A DNA stretch of 64,000 nt from Candidatus Hopanoidivoransaceae bacterium. Lineage in GTDB: Bacteria; Actinomycetota; Acidimicrobiia; Acidimicrobiales; Hopanoidiivorantaceae. Below the pieces are notes generated by a model that worked only from the letters and a program-made list of their open reading frames with translations, was not told the origin of the DNA and did not search any database. Positions 9,018 to 18,209 of this stretch are shown one piece after another (position 1 is the stretch's first letter; each line of letters opens with the position of its first letter). Location of the stretch: positions 1,184,312 to 1,248,311 of the forward strand of contig OZ241989.1 of the NCBI GenBank assembly GCA_965204495.1, given 5' to 3'. The position numbers were made by a program, and so were the translations under genes.

Positions 9018-9953
9018 ATGGAGACTTCCAGCACCGCCGCTCTCGCTTCGCAGAATTCTGGCTCGCTAGCTCTGGAAGTTGAAGACATCTCGGTTGTGTA
9101 TCAACGCTCCATCAAAGCCCTGCAGGGCGTGAGCCTCAAGGTGCCGGAGGGCGAGGTCGTGGCGATTTTGGGCGCCAACGGCGCAGGCAAGACTACCTTG
9201 CTCCGCACCATCAGCGGACTGCTGGGCTTTCACGGCGGGGCTGTTGCTTCGGGGTCGTATCGCCTGTGGGGGCGACCAGCCGAAAAGCTAGCCCCGCAGA
9301 CGATAGTGAGGCGGGGCTTGGCACAGGTAATGGAAGGCAGGCGCATCTTGGCGCAGCTTACAGTGGAAGAAAACCTTGACTTGGGCGCCATCTCGGTGAC
9401 TAAGAAAGAAGTCCGAGAGGCTAAGCCTCCAATCGTGGAAGAAAACCTTGACCCAGGCGCCATCTCGGTGCGCAGCCGCCGCGATACTGCCGACCGCAAG
9501 CACCCTCGGCTGTGGCCGATCAATTTGCTGCGTGAGAGCGTGCGCAGCCGCCGCGACACTGCCGCCCGCAAGCACAGCTTGTTCGAGCAGTTTCCACAGC
9601 TGAGCGACCGCCGGCATTCGGTGGCGGGCTATCTCTCTGGCGGGGAGCAGCAGATGCTCGCTATCGCCAGAGCGTTGATGAGCGATCCGCGCTTCATCAT
9701 TTTGGACGAGCCTTCGCTCGGCTTGGCCCCGATAATCGCCCATCAGATCGCCGACATCATCTCTGAGATAGCCGCCGGCGGCACGACGGTGCTGCTGGTG
9801 GAGCAGAACGCGGCTATGGCCCTTGCGCTGTGCCGCTATGCCTATGTGTTCCAGACGGGCAAGGTTGCGAAGGAGGGCACGGCTGAAGAGCTGCTGGACG
9901 ACCCATACATGCAAGAGCTTTATCTGGGGCTTGCCGGGGCAGACGCAGCATGA
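9018..9953 (+). CDS. livF: Branched-chain amino acid ABC transporter ATP-binding protein (LivF type) with two 24-aa insertions
   Basis: Walker A GANGAGKTTLL, signature LSGGEQQMLAIARAL, Walker B FIILDEPSLGLAP. Its stop overlaps the next gene's start (ATGA). Confidence 0.85.
   Translation: METSSTAALASQNSGSLALEVEDISVVYQRSIKALQGVSLKVPEGEVVAILGANGAGKTTLLRTISGLLGFHGGAVASGSYRLWGRPAEKLAPQTIVRRGLAQVMEGRRILAQLTVEENLDLGAISVTKKEVREAKPPIVEENLDPGAISVRSRRDTADRKHPRLWPINLLRESVRSRRDTAARKHSLFEQFPQLSDRRHSVAGYLSGGEQQMLAIARALMSDPRFIILDEPSLGLAPIIAHQIADIISEIAAGGTTVLLVEQNAAMALALCRYAYVFQTGKVAKEGTAEELLDDPYMQELYLGLAGADAA
9363..9575 (+). repeat. Two adjacent units of 36-nt duplication plus 36-nt insert inside livF
   Basis: A1 9363-9398 and A2 9435-9470 are 33/36 identical. 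B1 9468-9503 and B2 9540-9575 are 34/36 identical. The inserts 9399-9434 and 9504-9539 are unrelated to the flanks. Confidence 0.9.
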
Positions 9954-10834
9954 CTGAAGCAACTGCTGTCAAAGATTCGGCGTCTGCTGCGGGCCAATCG
10001 CAATCTGCTGCCAGCAGATCTGATGCTGAACTTCGCGGGGCAGAACTCAGCGAGGCAGAACCGCGCGGAGCAGAACTTCGCATAGAAAATGTGAGCTTCG
10101 GAGTGGGCGGCATCTCTATCTTGGAAGATGTCAGCCTCACGGTGCGGCCCGGCGAGCTGATGGGAATCATCGGGCCGAACGGAGCGGGCAAGTCTTCGCT
10201 GTTCAACTGCATCAGCGGCATATATGTGCCGACCGTCGGGCGCATCGCGTTGGATGGGCAGCCGCTCACAGGGCTGCGACCTGTGGCAGTCGCTCGCCGA
10301 GGCGTTGCCCGCACATTCCAAAATCTCGCGCTTTTTGACAACCTGAATGTCGCCGACAATCTCATGCTGGGCCGCCACCGTCTTATGCGCACGGGTTTCG
10401 CAACGGGTGCAGTGTGGTTCGGGCGGGCACGGCGGGAGGAAGCGATCCATCGCCAGGCTTGTGCTGAGCTTGTGGAACTGCTCGGCTTGGGAGCATCAGC
10501 GCATCTGCCTGTGGGGCTGCTGCCGTACGGGGCGCAGAAGCGAGTGGAGCTAGGGCGAGCTTTGGCGTCTTCTCCCGATGTGCTGCTGCTGGACGAGCCA
10601 GTGGCGGGGATGAACACGGAAGAGACCGAGCAGATGTCGGCGATCCTGCGAAACATCCACCAGCAGCTGGACATCACGATAGTGCTAGTGGAACACGATG
10701 TGCACATGGTGGTGGGCCTGGCCGAGCGCATCTGCGCGATCAACTTCGGCCAAGTGGTGACAGTGGACGAGCCGCAAGCCGTGGTGTCGCACCCGACGGT
10801 CGTGGAAGCCTATTTAGGGTCGGAGTGGTCGTAA
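9950..10834 (+). CDS. livG: Branched-chain amino acid ABC transporter ATP-binding protein (LivG type)
   Basis: Walker A GPNGAGKSSLFN, Walker B LLLDEPVAGMN. LivG-like C-terminus HPTVVEAYLG. Confidence 0.85.
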   Translation: MTEATAVKDSASAAGQSQSAASRSDAELRGAELSEAEPRGAELRIENVSFGVGGISILEDVSLTVRPGELMGIIGPNGAGKSSLFNCISGIYVPTVGRIALDGQPLTGLRPVAVARRGVARTFQNLALFDNLNVADNLMLGRHRLMRTGFATGAVWFGRARREEAIHRQACAELVELLGLGASAHLPVGLLPYGAQKRVELGRALASSPDVLLLDEPVAGMNTEETEQMSAILRNIHQQLDITIVLVEHDVHMVVGLAERICAINFGQVVTVDEPQAVVSHPTVVEAYLGSEWS

Positions 10835-11838
10835 TGAAAGACACCAGATCGCCACTCCACGACACTCTCGTCTATACCGCATGGACGCTCGGCGCGCTCG
10901 CAGCGGTCTTGCTCATCGTGTCTTTGGCCGACGGCGGCGACGGGCGGGAGAAGTTCCTGCAGCTGCTGGTTGGCGGCATCGCCTTGGGGAGCATCTATGC
11001 GCTCTTGTCGTTCGGCTTCGTTATCGTCTATAAAGCCACAGGCGTGTTCAACTTGGCGCAAGGCGGTTTCGTGCTGCTCGGCACATATCTGGCGTATCAG
11101 TTCTACACCGACTGGGGCTGGATGTTCGGGCTGGCTCTGGCGGCTGCCGTGCTCGCGATGGCAGCTATCGGGGCAGGCATAGAGCGGGCCGTGATGCGCA
11201 AAATGCTCACCAAGCCCACCTTCACAGCCATAATGGTGACGCTCGCCATCCTCATCGTGATAGAGCAGATCACTCGCAGCATCTGGAATTCGCCGGGTCT
11301 GGTGCTTGCCGCTCCCTGGGGCACAGGGCGCATTCAGCCCGGCGGCGTGACCATCCGATATCTGGATTTCTGGACGGTCGGCTTCACCTTCGTGCTGCTC
11401 GGGGCTTTCTTCTTGTTTTTCCGCTACACCCGCATCGGCTTGGGGATGCGAGCCACGGCTTTTGACAGAGAGGTAGCCTCGGCGCAAGGCGTGCGGGTGG
11501 GCTTGTCGTTCGCGCTTTCTTGGGCGATTGCCGCTGCCGTGGCGACCGTGGCCGGCGTTCTGCTCACGAGCCGCAGCGGGGGCGCGCTCACCCCTGCCAT
11601 CAGCTTTGTGGCCCTGCGGGCTTTCCCGGCGATGATCCTAGGCGGGCTGGATTCCGCAGGCGGAGCTGTGGCAGGCGGCGTGATAATAGGCGTGGCCGAA
11701 GTGATGGTGCAAGGCTATGTGGATGTGGACTGGCTTGGGGAGAGCTTTGAGACGGTGGTGCCGTATCTAGTAATGCTGCCGATCCTGCTATGGCGCCCCT
11801 CCGGTCTTTTCGGCACAAGAGCAGTGGAGCGGGTTTAG
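10834..11838 (+). CDS. livH: Branched-chain amino acid ABC transporter permease (LivH type)
   Basis: The track ORF starts at GTG 10825. ATG 10834 shares one base (A 10834) with the livG TAA stop (10832-10834) and has GGAG ~8 nt upstream. Multi-pass membrane protein in operon context. Confidence 0.8.
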   Translation: MKDTRSPLHDTLVYTAWTLGALAAVLLIVSLADGGDGREKFLQLLVGGIALGSIYALLSFGFVIVYKATGVFNLAQGGFVLLGTYLAYQFYTDWGWMFGLALAAAVLAMAAIGAGIERAVMRKMLTKPTFTAIMVTLAILIVIEQITRSIWNSPGLVLAAPWGTGRIQPGGVTIRYLDFWTVGFTFVLLGAFFLFFRYTRIGLGMRATAFDREVASAQGVRVGLSFALSWAIAAAVATVAGVLLTSRSGGALTPAISFVALRAFPAMILGGLDSAGGAVAGGVIIGVAEVMVQGYVDVDWLGESFETVVPYLVMLPILLWRPSGLFGTRAVERV

Positions 11839-11855
11839 GGGATTGGAAGATTGAG

Positions 11856-13079
11856 ATGAATACAATAACCCGACTTTTGAGACGAGGGTTCGGAGGCAAC
11901 AGCGTGCCCAGCCAACCTCGCTCAAGCTCAGCCAACTCCCCAGAAAAGCCGCCTGCTGGCTCTTCAAGTCTGTCTTCTGCTGCATCCCCACCGCGATTCC
12001 TCCCAGGCTGGGATGCCAGGGCCGCTGTCTTCGCAATCGTGGTTTTGATCGCGCTGCTGCCAGTGCTCTTGGACAGCCCGTTCTGGATGAATGTGCTGGT
12101 CACCGCCGGTGCTTATTCTGCCGCAGCCATCGGTTTGAATATCCTCACGGGCTACACAGGGCAAGTCTCGCTCGGACACGCAGCGTTCTTGACCATCGGC
12201 GGCTACGCAGCAGGATACTTCGGCGCATCGCAAGGCTGGACGCTGATTCTATGGCTGGGAATGGCTGCAGTGTGCGGAGCGATAGTCGGCGGGGTGGTCG
12301 GCCCGTTCGCCCTGCGGGTGAAAGGCGACTATCTGGTGGTGGTGAGCTTGGCTTTGCTGTTCATCACCTCCCATGTGGTGGAAAACTGGGATAGCGTCAC
12401 CGGCGGGCACGACGGCATTTCAGTGAGCAAAGCTTCACTGGCTTTCGGCCCCATCAACTTCGGCGACCTGCGTCTGTTCGGCAGGGAATTCAGCCGAGAG
12501 GAGGGCTTGTTCTATCTCGCTTGGCTGCTCGTGGGCATTTTTGCCGTGATCGCACGCAACATCATGCGGTCTCGCCCCGGACGAGCCCTGCAAGCCGTAC
12601 GCGACCGCGACACCGCCGCCGAAGTCTTAGGCGTAAGCAGCGCCCGCTACAAGATCGCCGCTTTCGTGCTCTCCAGCGCCATGGCAGCCACCGCAGGCGG
12701 AGTGATAGCCGTAGCGCAAAGATTCCTAACCCCGAACGAGCCGCTAGCCGAGCTTTTCATCTCCATCCAGTTCGTAGCCATAATAGTGGTAGGAGGCGTG
12801 GCGACCATCTACGGCTCCGTGCTAGGAGCAGTGCTGCTGGTAGCCCTCCCAGAAGTCATCAAAGAATACACCCACTGGTTTGACTTCACAGTCCCGCTTT
12901 TTGACCGACCCCTAGTGTCGTCCTCAGGCTTGGATCAAGGCTTGTTCAACCCCGGTTCATTCAGCAACCTGCTCTTCGGATTGCTGCTAGTAGGCTTCCT
13001 GCTGCTCTGGCCCAGGGGTATCGCAGGCTGGCTACAATCGCTCCGCGCCCTCCTGCGCACACTATCGCTTCGCCGCTAA
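11856..13079 (+). CDS. livM: Branched-chain amino acid ABC transporter permease (LivM type)
   Basis: The track ORF is 11790..13079. ATG 11856 (MNTITRLL) avoids a long overlap with livH. Polytopic; LivM-like motif GQVSLGHAAF. Confidence 0.75.
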   Translation: MNTITRLLRRGFGGNSVPSQPRSSSANSPEKPPAGSSSLSSAASPPRFLPGWDARAAVFAIVVLIALLPVLLDSPFWMNVLVTAGAYSAAAIGLNILTGYTGQVSLGHAAFLTIGGYAAGYFGASQGWTLILWLGMAAVCGAIVGGVVGPFALRVKGDYLVVVSLALLFITSHVVENWDSVTGGHDGISVSKASLAFGPINFGDLRLFGREFSREEGLFYLAWLLVGIFAVIARNIMRSRPGRALQAVRDRDTAAEVLGVSSARYKIAAFVLSSAMAATAGGVIAVAQRFLTPNEPLAELFISIQFVAIIVVGGVATIYGSVLGAVLLVALPEVIKEYTHWFDFTVPLFDRPLVSSSGLDQGLFNPGSFSNLLFGLLLVGFLLLWPRGIAGWLQSLRALLRTLSLRR

Positions 13080-13080
13080 T

Positions 13081-13911
13081 TCAATTTGTGGCTGTCTCTG
13101 AAATTTGTACTGCTGATGGCCTGCCCAGTGTGCCATCCCAGATGTAAGCGATGAAACGACCTGAAGCGGAAAGTGTGTATTGCGTGTTTTCTTCTCTAGT
13201 TATGGTGATATTTATTGGATTGCAGATAACCGCAATGGCTGAAAAGTCTCCATGCACTAGTACATTTTCAGGCAAGTGTTGGTTTAGAATGGGCAAACCG
13301 ACATAATCCAGCTTTTCTCGCAATTTTGCGGCAGTTTTCGGATGGCACATCAAAAGCATATTGCTTGAAGTTGTGTTGTCTGTTGCTAGGTGTTCAAGAT
13401 TCAGTACTCTTTCATAGGAAGCATATTGGTTCCAAAATTTTTCAGTCAGTTCTTTGTTGCATCTTCTGGCATACAGTGGCAGCAGTCTGTTGAAAACCGT
13501 GTGTTCCGTCATAGTAGCCATTGTGTGGTCAGAGAACGGAACGCTGTCGGGTCGTTTCCAAGGTGTGGCCTGTAACCCTATACTTAGTTCAGCGGCTACT
13601 GTTGCTTCTCTGAATTGAATATCTGGAATGGGCAGTCCATGATAAAGATGCTCGCGAGCATCAGATATGACGGGCTGGCGGAACCCTGGCTGCTTCAATT
13701 CGCCTTCTAAATCTTTGACGCAGAAAGCTGATACTCTCGCCCAGAGAGGAGCCTCTTTCCTCATTCGATGCCGCACGCGAGACAGTGTTTTTGGATTGCA
13801 ATCCAAAGACATGAATGTTTTTGTAGACGGCTGACTGTCTTTTGGAGCAAACAGGTGTCGTCCTGTCCACTCTAGGGTATAAGACACAAAGGGGATCTCC
13901 GTTGATGTCAT
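13081..13911 (-). CDS. Hypothetical protein (276 aa), translationally coupled partner of the upstream AAA+ ATPase
   Basis: Its ATG overlaps the ATPase stop (ATGA at 13908-13911), with AAGGAG just upstream. AT-richer than the flanks. I recognise no motif. Confidence 0.6.
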   Translation of the reverse strand: MTSTEIPFVSYTLEWTGRHLFAPKDSQPSTKTFMSLDCNPKTLSRVRHRMRKEAPLWARVSAFCVKDLEGELKQPGFRQPVISDAREHLYHGLPIPDIQFREATVAAELSIGLQATPWKRPDSVPFSDHTMATMTEHTVFNRLLPLYARRCNKELTEKFWNQYASYERVLNLEHLATDNTTSSNMLLMCHPKTAAKLREKLDYVGLPILNQHLPENVLVHGDFSAIAVICNPINITITREENTQYTLSASGRFIAYIWDGTLGRPSAVQISETATN

Positions 13912-15395
13912 GTGCTTACTCCTTGTTGCAGCAGATAATTTTGCCTGACTTCCATTGCCAGCATAAAATGGCTTAAGGGCACGGACTTGATTTCGCTATG
14001 GTGATCAACGGGCGCATCGGGAGTTACCACATAAGTATTCCCCGCCAACTGGTTGTATCCGCTTTTTGACAGCAGTTTTTTTACTCCCTGCAGTTTGCGC
14101 ATTTTATTTGTATAGCTGCTGCCGACCTCTATTGCCAAAGGGGTGCCGCCCCGTTCTTCTTCCAAAACGAAATCTATCTCGCAGCCTTTGTCACGCAGAT
14201 GGGAAAGCTTAGCTCTGCCGAGCGTAAGTTTCACAAGTCCGTTCAAAGAAGCGGCGACCATGTTCTCAGCAGACCATCCTCGTTCGCTGTCGCGCATCTG
14301 TTCTGGAGTTCTAAAGCTCAAAGCTGCCGGAACAGAGTTGTCATAGAAAAAAACTTTTTTCTTTCGCTTCGGGCCTGAATAATTTGGCAGTAAGAACAGC
14401 AGCATTGCATCATCAAGTGCAGCAAAATATCTGTCTAGCGTGGTTTCTGCCATGCTGATATCTGGGTTTTTCGCCCATTCTTTTCTGACAACTTCCCGTC
14501 CAGGATGCTCTGCTGCTAGACGCAATATAGCAGAAGCTTTAATCGGGTTGGATATTTTAGAGTACTCTTCGATGTCCCGTTGAAGTATTTGGGTGATAAT
14601 CTGTCTGATGTGTCCGTGCCTTTCAACCATGAACTCTGCCTTTTCTCCATCATTCATCATTGGGCGAGGATACAAATTTTCTGGACACCCTCCTGTAGAT
14701 GCTAGATCCCAAAAATATTCCTGCAGAAGTTTGTCATTAAAGTCTGGAGCAATATGCTTAATTATTTCCCTCAACGGCTTGTCAGCAATTTGAAAAAAAT
14801 CTGGAAACGGCAGCGAACTGCGCACAAGATTTGCGGCTTCTTGCATCTGAGATGGAAGCAAATAATATTCAGATGCTCTGCCAGCCCAGCTTTCTATCAT
14901 TCCCCTGTTCAGTGCTGATGAAGAGCCTGATGTGCATACTATTCTGAACGGATACAGGGCTGGTTCATCATATGCCCGTTTCAGCGTTTTGTTCCACCCT
15001 CCTGAATACACTATTTCGTCCAGCAGAAGAAAACAAGGTTCTTTTTCTGAGGCGCCAGTGATAGATTTGATTCCCTCCAGAAGTTCGTGCAGTCTAATGC
15101 CTGTAAAAACATCGTCATCCAGAGACAAAAAGACTAGTTTTTCAGGTTGGCACCTTTGTTCTGTGACTGCTCGTTTGGCTAGATGCTTAAGGACTGTGGT
15201 CTTGCCTACCCTTCTGGGCCCCAGAATGACTTTGTGGCAGGCTCTTTGAGATATTGGCGTGGTGGTGATTTCTCGCCACAGCATCTGCGCTAGGGTCCGT
15301 TCTTCGCATGTATTCGCTTGGCTGTGAAAGCGGCCTGCGTCTGCCATCCAAGGGCTGTTCGCTTGGATGATGCGTCTAAGAAGTTCGATGTCCAT
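13908..15395 (-). CDS. AAA+ ATPase of the COG1373 type (AAA_14 plus DUF4143-like C-terminal region)
   Basis: Walker A GPRRVGKTT and Walker B LLLDEIVY. The track start 15413 is TTG. ATG 15395 (MDIELLRR) is preferred because TGCTATAAT ends 6 nt upstream, implying a leaderless transcript. Confidence 0.75.
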   Translation of the reverse strand: MDIELLRRIIQANSPWMADAGRFHSQANTCEERTLAQMLWREITTTPISQRACHKVILGPRRVGKTTVLKHLAKRAVTEQRCQPEKLVFLSLDDDVFTGIRLHELLEGIKSITGASEKEPCFLLLDEIVYSGGWNKTLKRAYDEPALYPFRIVCTSGSSSALNRGMIESWAGRASEYYLLPSQMQEAANLVRSSLPFPDFFQIADKPLREIIKHIAPDFNDKLLQEYFWDLASTGGCPENLYPRPMMNDGEKAEFMVERHGHIRQIITQILQRDIEEYSKISNPIKASAILRLAAEHPGREVVRKEWAKNPDISMAETTLDRYFAALDDAMLLFLLPNYSGPKRKKKVFFYDNSVPAALSFRTPEQMRDSERGWSAENMVAASLNGLVKLTLGRAKLSHLRDKGCEIDFVLEEERGGTPLAIEVGSSYTNKMRKLQGVKKLLSKSGYNQLAGNTYVVTPDAPVDHHSEIKSVPLSHFMLAMEVRQNYLLQQGVST

Positions 15396-15401
15396 GTGTC
15401 T

Positions 15402-15410
15402 ATTATAGCA
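15402..15410 (-). promoter_or_regulatory. Extended -10 TGCTATAAT of the ATPase cassette (leaderless start)
   Basis: The reverse complement of 15402-15410 is TGCTATAAT, 6 nt before ATG 15395. The palindrome CTATATCTT-N4-AAGATATAG lies at ~15432-15453 upstream. Confidence 0.55.
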
Positions 15411-15551
15411 CAAATTGGCAAAATGTGGTATTTAAATGCTATATCTTCTGCAAAGATATAGTATCAAGGGTGATATTTTGACAAAAGCTAGTCTTCATCC
15501 TCATGGCGAAGCCGAATTATGCGTTGCTTGGGCTTAGGCCGTTCTGGGATT

Positions 15552-16709
15552 TTAGAGCCTCTCCAAGATTGTCACATTGGCTTGGCCGCCGCCTTCGCAC
15601 ATGGTTTGTAGGCCGTAGCGGCCGCCTGCGCGTTCTAGTTCGTGGAGGAGGGTGGTCATCAGGCGGGCTCCGGTGCAGCCTAGGGGGTGGCCTAGCGATA
15701 CTGCGCCGCCGTTCACATTTACTTTTTCGTGGGGCACATCGCATTCTTTCATCCATGCCAGCACTACCGAAGCGAAAGCCTCGTTGCATTCAAAGAGGTC
15801 TATGTCGTCTATCGCCATGCCGCTTTTTTCCAGAGCGTATTTGGTGGCGGGGATCGGGCCGGTCAGCATGATCACAGGGTCTGTGCCGCGCACCGACATG
15901 TGCTGAATGCGGGCCATCGGCTTGAGGCTGTGATCTTTGACTGCTTTCTCCGAGGCGATCAGCAGGGCGGCCGCGCCGTCTGAAATCTGGCTTGACACGG
16001 CTGCGGTGAGGCGGCCGCCTTCTATGAGGGGCTGCAGCTGCGACATTTTTTCCAGCGATGTGTCGCGGCGGGGGCCTTCGTCGGCAGCTAGGCCGTTGAT
16101 GGGGATGATTTGGGTTTCAAAGCGGCCTTCGTCTGTGGCGCGGATGGCTCGCTGATGGCTGGCGAACGCGAACTCTTCCATGTCTTCGCGGGTGATTTCC
16201 CAGCGGCGGGCGATCTCTTCGGCGCCCCAGAACTGCGACACTTCGGCGGTGCCGTAGCGCGCCACCCAGCCTTTTGAGCCGTGAAACGGGCTTTCGTCTT
16301 CCACGCCTATATGTTCGGCGACCGTCATAGCCGAGCCGATGGGAATCATAGACATGTTCTGCACGCCGCCTGCCACCACGAGGTCGTTCACTTCTGCCAT
16401 CACGGCCTGGGCTGCGAAATGCACGGCCTGCTGACCCGAACCGCACTGGCGATCTATGGTGGTGCCCGGTATCTCTTCTGGCAGCCCGGCCACCAGCCAG
16501 CAGGTGCGCCCGATGTCGCCCGCTTGGGGGCCGATGGCGTCCACGCAGCCCCACATCACATCGTCAATGGCTGTTGGGTCTACATCGGTGCGGTCTAGGA
16601 GTTCCTTGATGGGGATGGCACCTAGGTCGGCTGGGTGCATGTGCGATAAGCCGCCGCCTCGTCTTCCGACCGGCGTGCGGACAGCGTCTATGATGTATGC
16701 TTCGTTCAT
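15552..16709 (-). CDS. Acetyl-CoA C-acyltransferase (thiolase)
   Basis: Active-site region QCGSGQQAV and C-terminal NVNGGAVSLGHPLGCTGARL...CEGGGQANV. Confidence 0.9.
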   Translation of the reverse strand: MNEAYIIDAVRTPVGRRGGGLSHMHPADLGAIPIKELLDRTDVDPTAIDDVMWGCVDAIGPQAGDIGRTCWLVAGLPEEIPGTTIDRQCGSGQQAVHFAAQAVMAEVNDLVVAGGVQNMSMIPIGSAMTVAEHIGVEDESPFHGSKGWVARYGTAEVSQFWGAEEIARRWEITREDMEEFAFASHQRAIRATDEGRFETQIIPINGLAADEGPRRDTSLEKMSQLQPLIEGGRLTAAVSSQISDGAAALLIASEKAVKDHSLKPMARIQHMSVRGTDPVIMLTGPIPATKYALEKSGMAIDDIDLFECNEAFASVVLAWMKECDVPHEKVNVNGGAVSLGHPLGCTGARLMTTLLHELERAGGRYGLQTMCEGGGQANVTILERL

Positions 16710-16751
16710 AAATTCATTATGCCTTGAAATAACCGCTAAGTTCAGAAGCAG

Positions 16752-18209
16752 ATGGGCGAAAGAATTGGCTCAGTGGAATACAGCCATGTTGACGCTGAGT
16801 ATTTCCAGAGACGCAGGCTGAAGCGGCACGCCGGCATTTGGTCGCTCTGGGCTCTTGGGGTGGGGGCGGTCATCTCCGGGGATTTCTTCGGGTGGAACTT
16901 CGGGCTTTCAGTCGGCGGGTTCGGCGGACTCTTGGTGGCTACAGGCATTGTCGCTCTAATGTATCTGGGAATTTGCTATTCCATAGCCGAGATGTCGCCA
17001 GCCATGCCGCACACGGGCGGGGCGTATTCTTTTGCCAGAACCTCAATGGGGCCTTGGGGCGGATATGTGACGGGGCTGGCTGAGAGCATTGAATACATAC
17101 TCACCCCTGCGGTCATAGTGGTGGGCATCGGCAGCTATGTCGGCCTTGCGATAGACGACATTTTCGGCGTGGATGTGCCTGCCCCTATATGGTGGCTGGT
17201 GTTCTACGGCATCTTCGTGGGCATAAACATCGCCGGCGTGGTTGCGACTTTCAGATTCACGATTTTCATCACATTTCTGGCTCTGGGCATCTTGCTCGTC
17301 TTCTGGATCGGGGCAATCCCGAATTTCAGCTGGAGCTTGGCCACCGACATTCAGCCAGAAGGCGGCAACTCGCGATTTTTGCCGTTCGGGTGGATAGGCG
17401 TGGCCGAGGCTATGCCCTTTGCCATCTGGTTTTATCTGGCCATAGAGCAGATTCCGCTGGCTGCGGAAGAGTCGCGCAATCCCAGCCGAGACATGCCCAA
17501 AGCTTTGCGCTGGGGGATTTTGACGCTGATTCTGGCTTCGGTTCTGACGCTGTTTTTGAATTCGGGCATTGAGCCTGGGGCTGGCGAGGTCGGCGAGAGC
17601 GAAGAGCCGTTGTTTCTGGCTTTCAGAGCTATTTTCGGAAGCGGCGTGGGCACTTCGGTTTTGGCTTTGGCGGCTGTTGCTGGCTTGGTTGCCAGTTTCC
17701 ATACGATTATCTATGCCTACGGGCGCAAGATATATTCGCTTGCGAGGGCTGGCTACTATCCTCGCCGTCTTTCTGAAACTCATCCCAAAACGCAGACTCC
17801 GCACTGGGCGCTGATAGCGGGGGCTGTTATCGGGTATTTGGTGGCGCTTTTGATTGAGTTCAGCGATGACTGGTTCGGAGAAGATGTGCGAGTGGGGGCT
17901 GTGCTGCTGAACATGGCGGTTTTCGGCGCGGTGATCTCCTATGCGATGCAGATGGCTTCTTTTGTGATTCTGCGGCGCAGGTTCGCAGCGATTGAACGCC
18001 CTTATGTGAGCCCTGTGGGCAGTGCTGGCGCGATCGTGGCTGGCGTGATCGCCTTGGCCACTCTTGTGTTCTTGTTTTTGAACTCCGATTATCGCTTGGG
18101 GGTTTACGGCTGCGCCATCTGGTTCGCTGTGGGGCTGGCGGTTTTTGCTGTGAGCGGGCGCAAGCGTCTGGTTCGGTCGCCTGAAGAGGAGTTTGCTTTA
18201 TCTCAGTGA
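16752..18209 (+). CDS. APC-family amino acid/ethanolamine-type permease
   Basis: 485 aa, ~12 hydrophobic segments. The N-terminus LKRHAGIWSLWALGVGAVISGDFFGWNFG resembles ethanolamine/amino-acid permeases. Confidence 0.75.
   Translation: MGERIGSVEYSHVDAEYFQRRRLKRHAGIWSLWALGVGAVISGDFFGWNFGLSVGGFGGLLVATGIVALMYLGICYSIAEMSPAMPHTGGAYSFARTSMGPWGGYVTGLAESIEYILTPAVIVVGIGSYVGLAIDDIFGVDVPAPIWWLVFYGIFVGINIAGVVATFRFTIFITFLALGILLVFWIGAIPNFSWSLATDIQPEGGNSRFLPFGWIGVAEAMPFAIWFYLAIEQIPLAAEESRNPSRDMPKALRWGILTLILASVLTLFLNSGIEPGAGEVGESEEPLFLAFRAIFGSGVGTSVLALAAVAGLVASFHTIIYAYGRKIYSLARAGYYPRRLSETHPKTQTPHWALIAGAVIGYLVALLIEFSDDWFGEDVRVGAVLLNMAVFGAVISYAMQMASFVILRRRFAAIERPYVSPVGSAGAIVAGVIALATLVFLFLNSDYRLGVYGCAIWFAVGLAVFAVSGRKRLVRSPEEEFALSQ

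Noticed and set aside
13084-15419. 9-bp inverted repeat CAATTTGTG / CACAAATTG at the two edges of the AT-rich ATPase cassette, considered as possible terminal inverted repeats of a mobile element
   Set aside because: It is only 9 bp and does not extend. The right copy overlaps the TGCTATAAT promoter region and the alternative TTG start. At this length, chance is a sufficient explanation.
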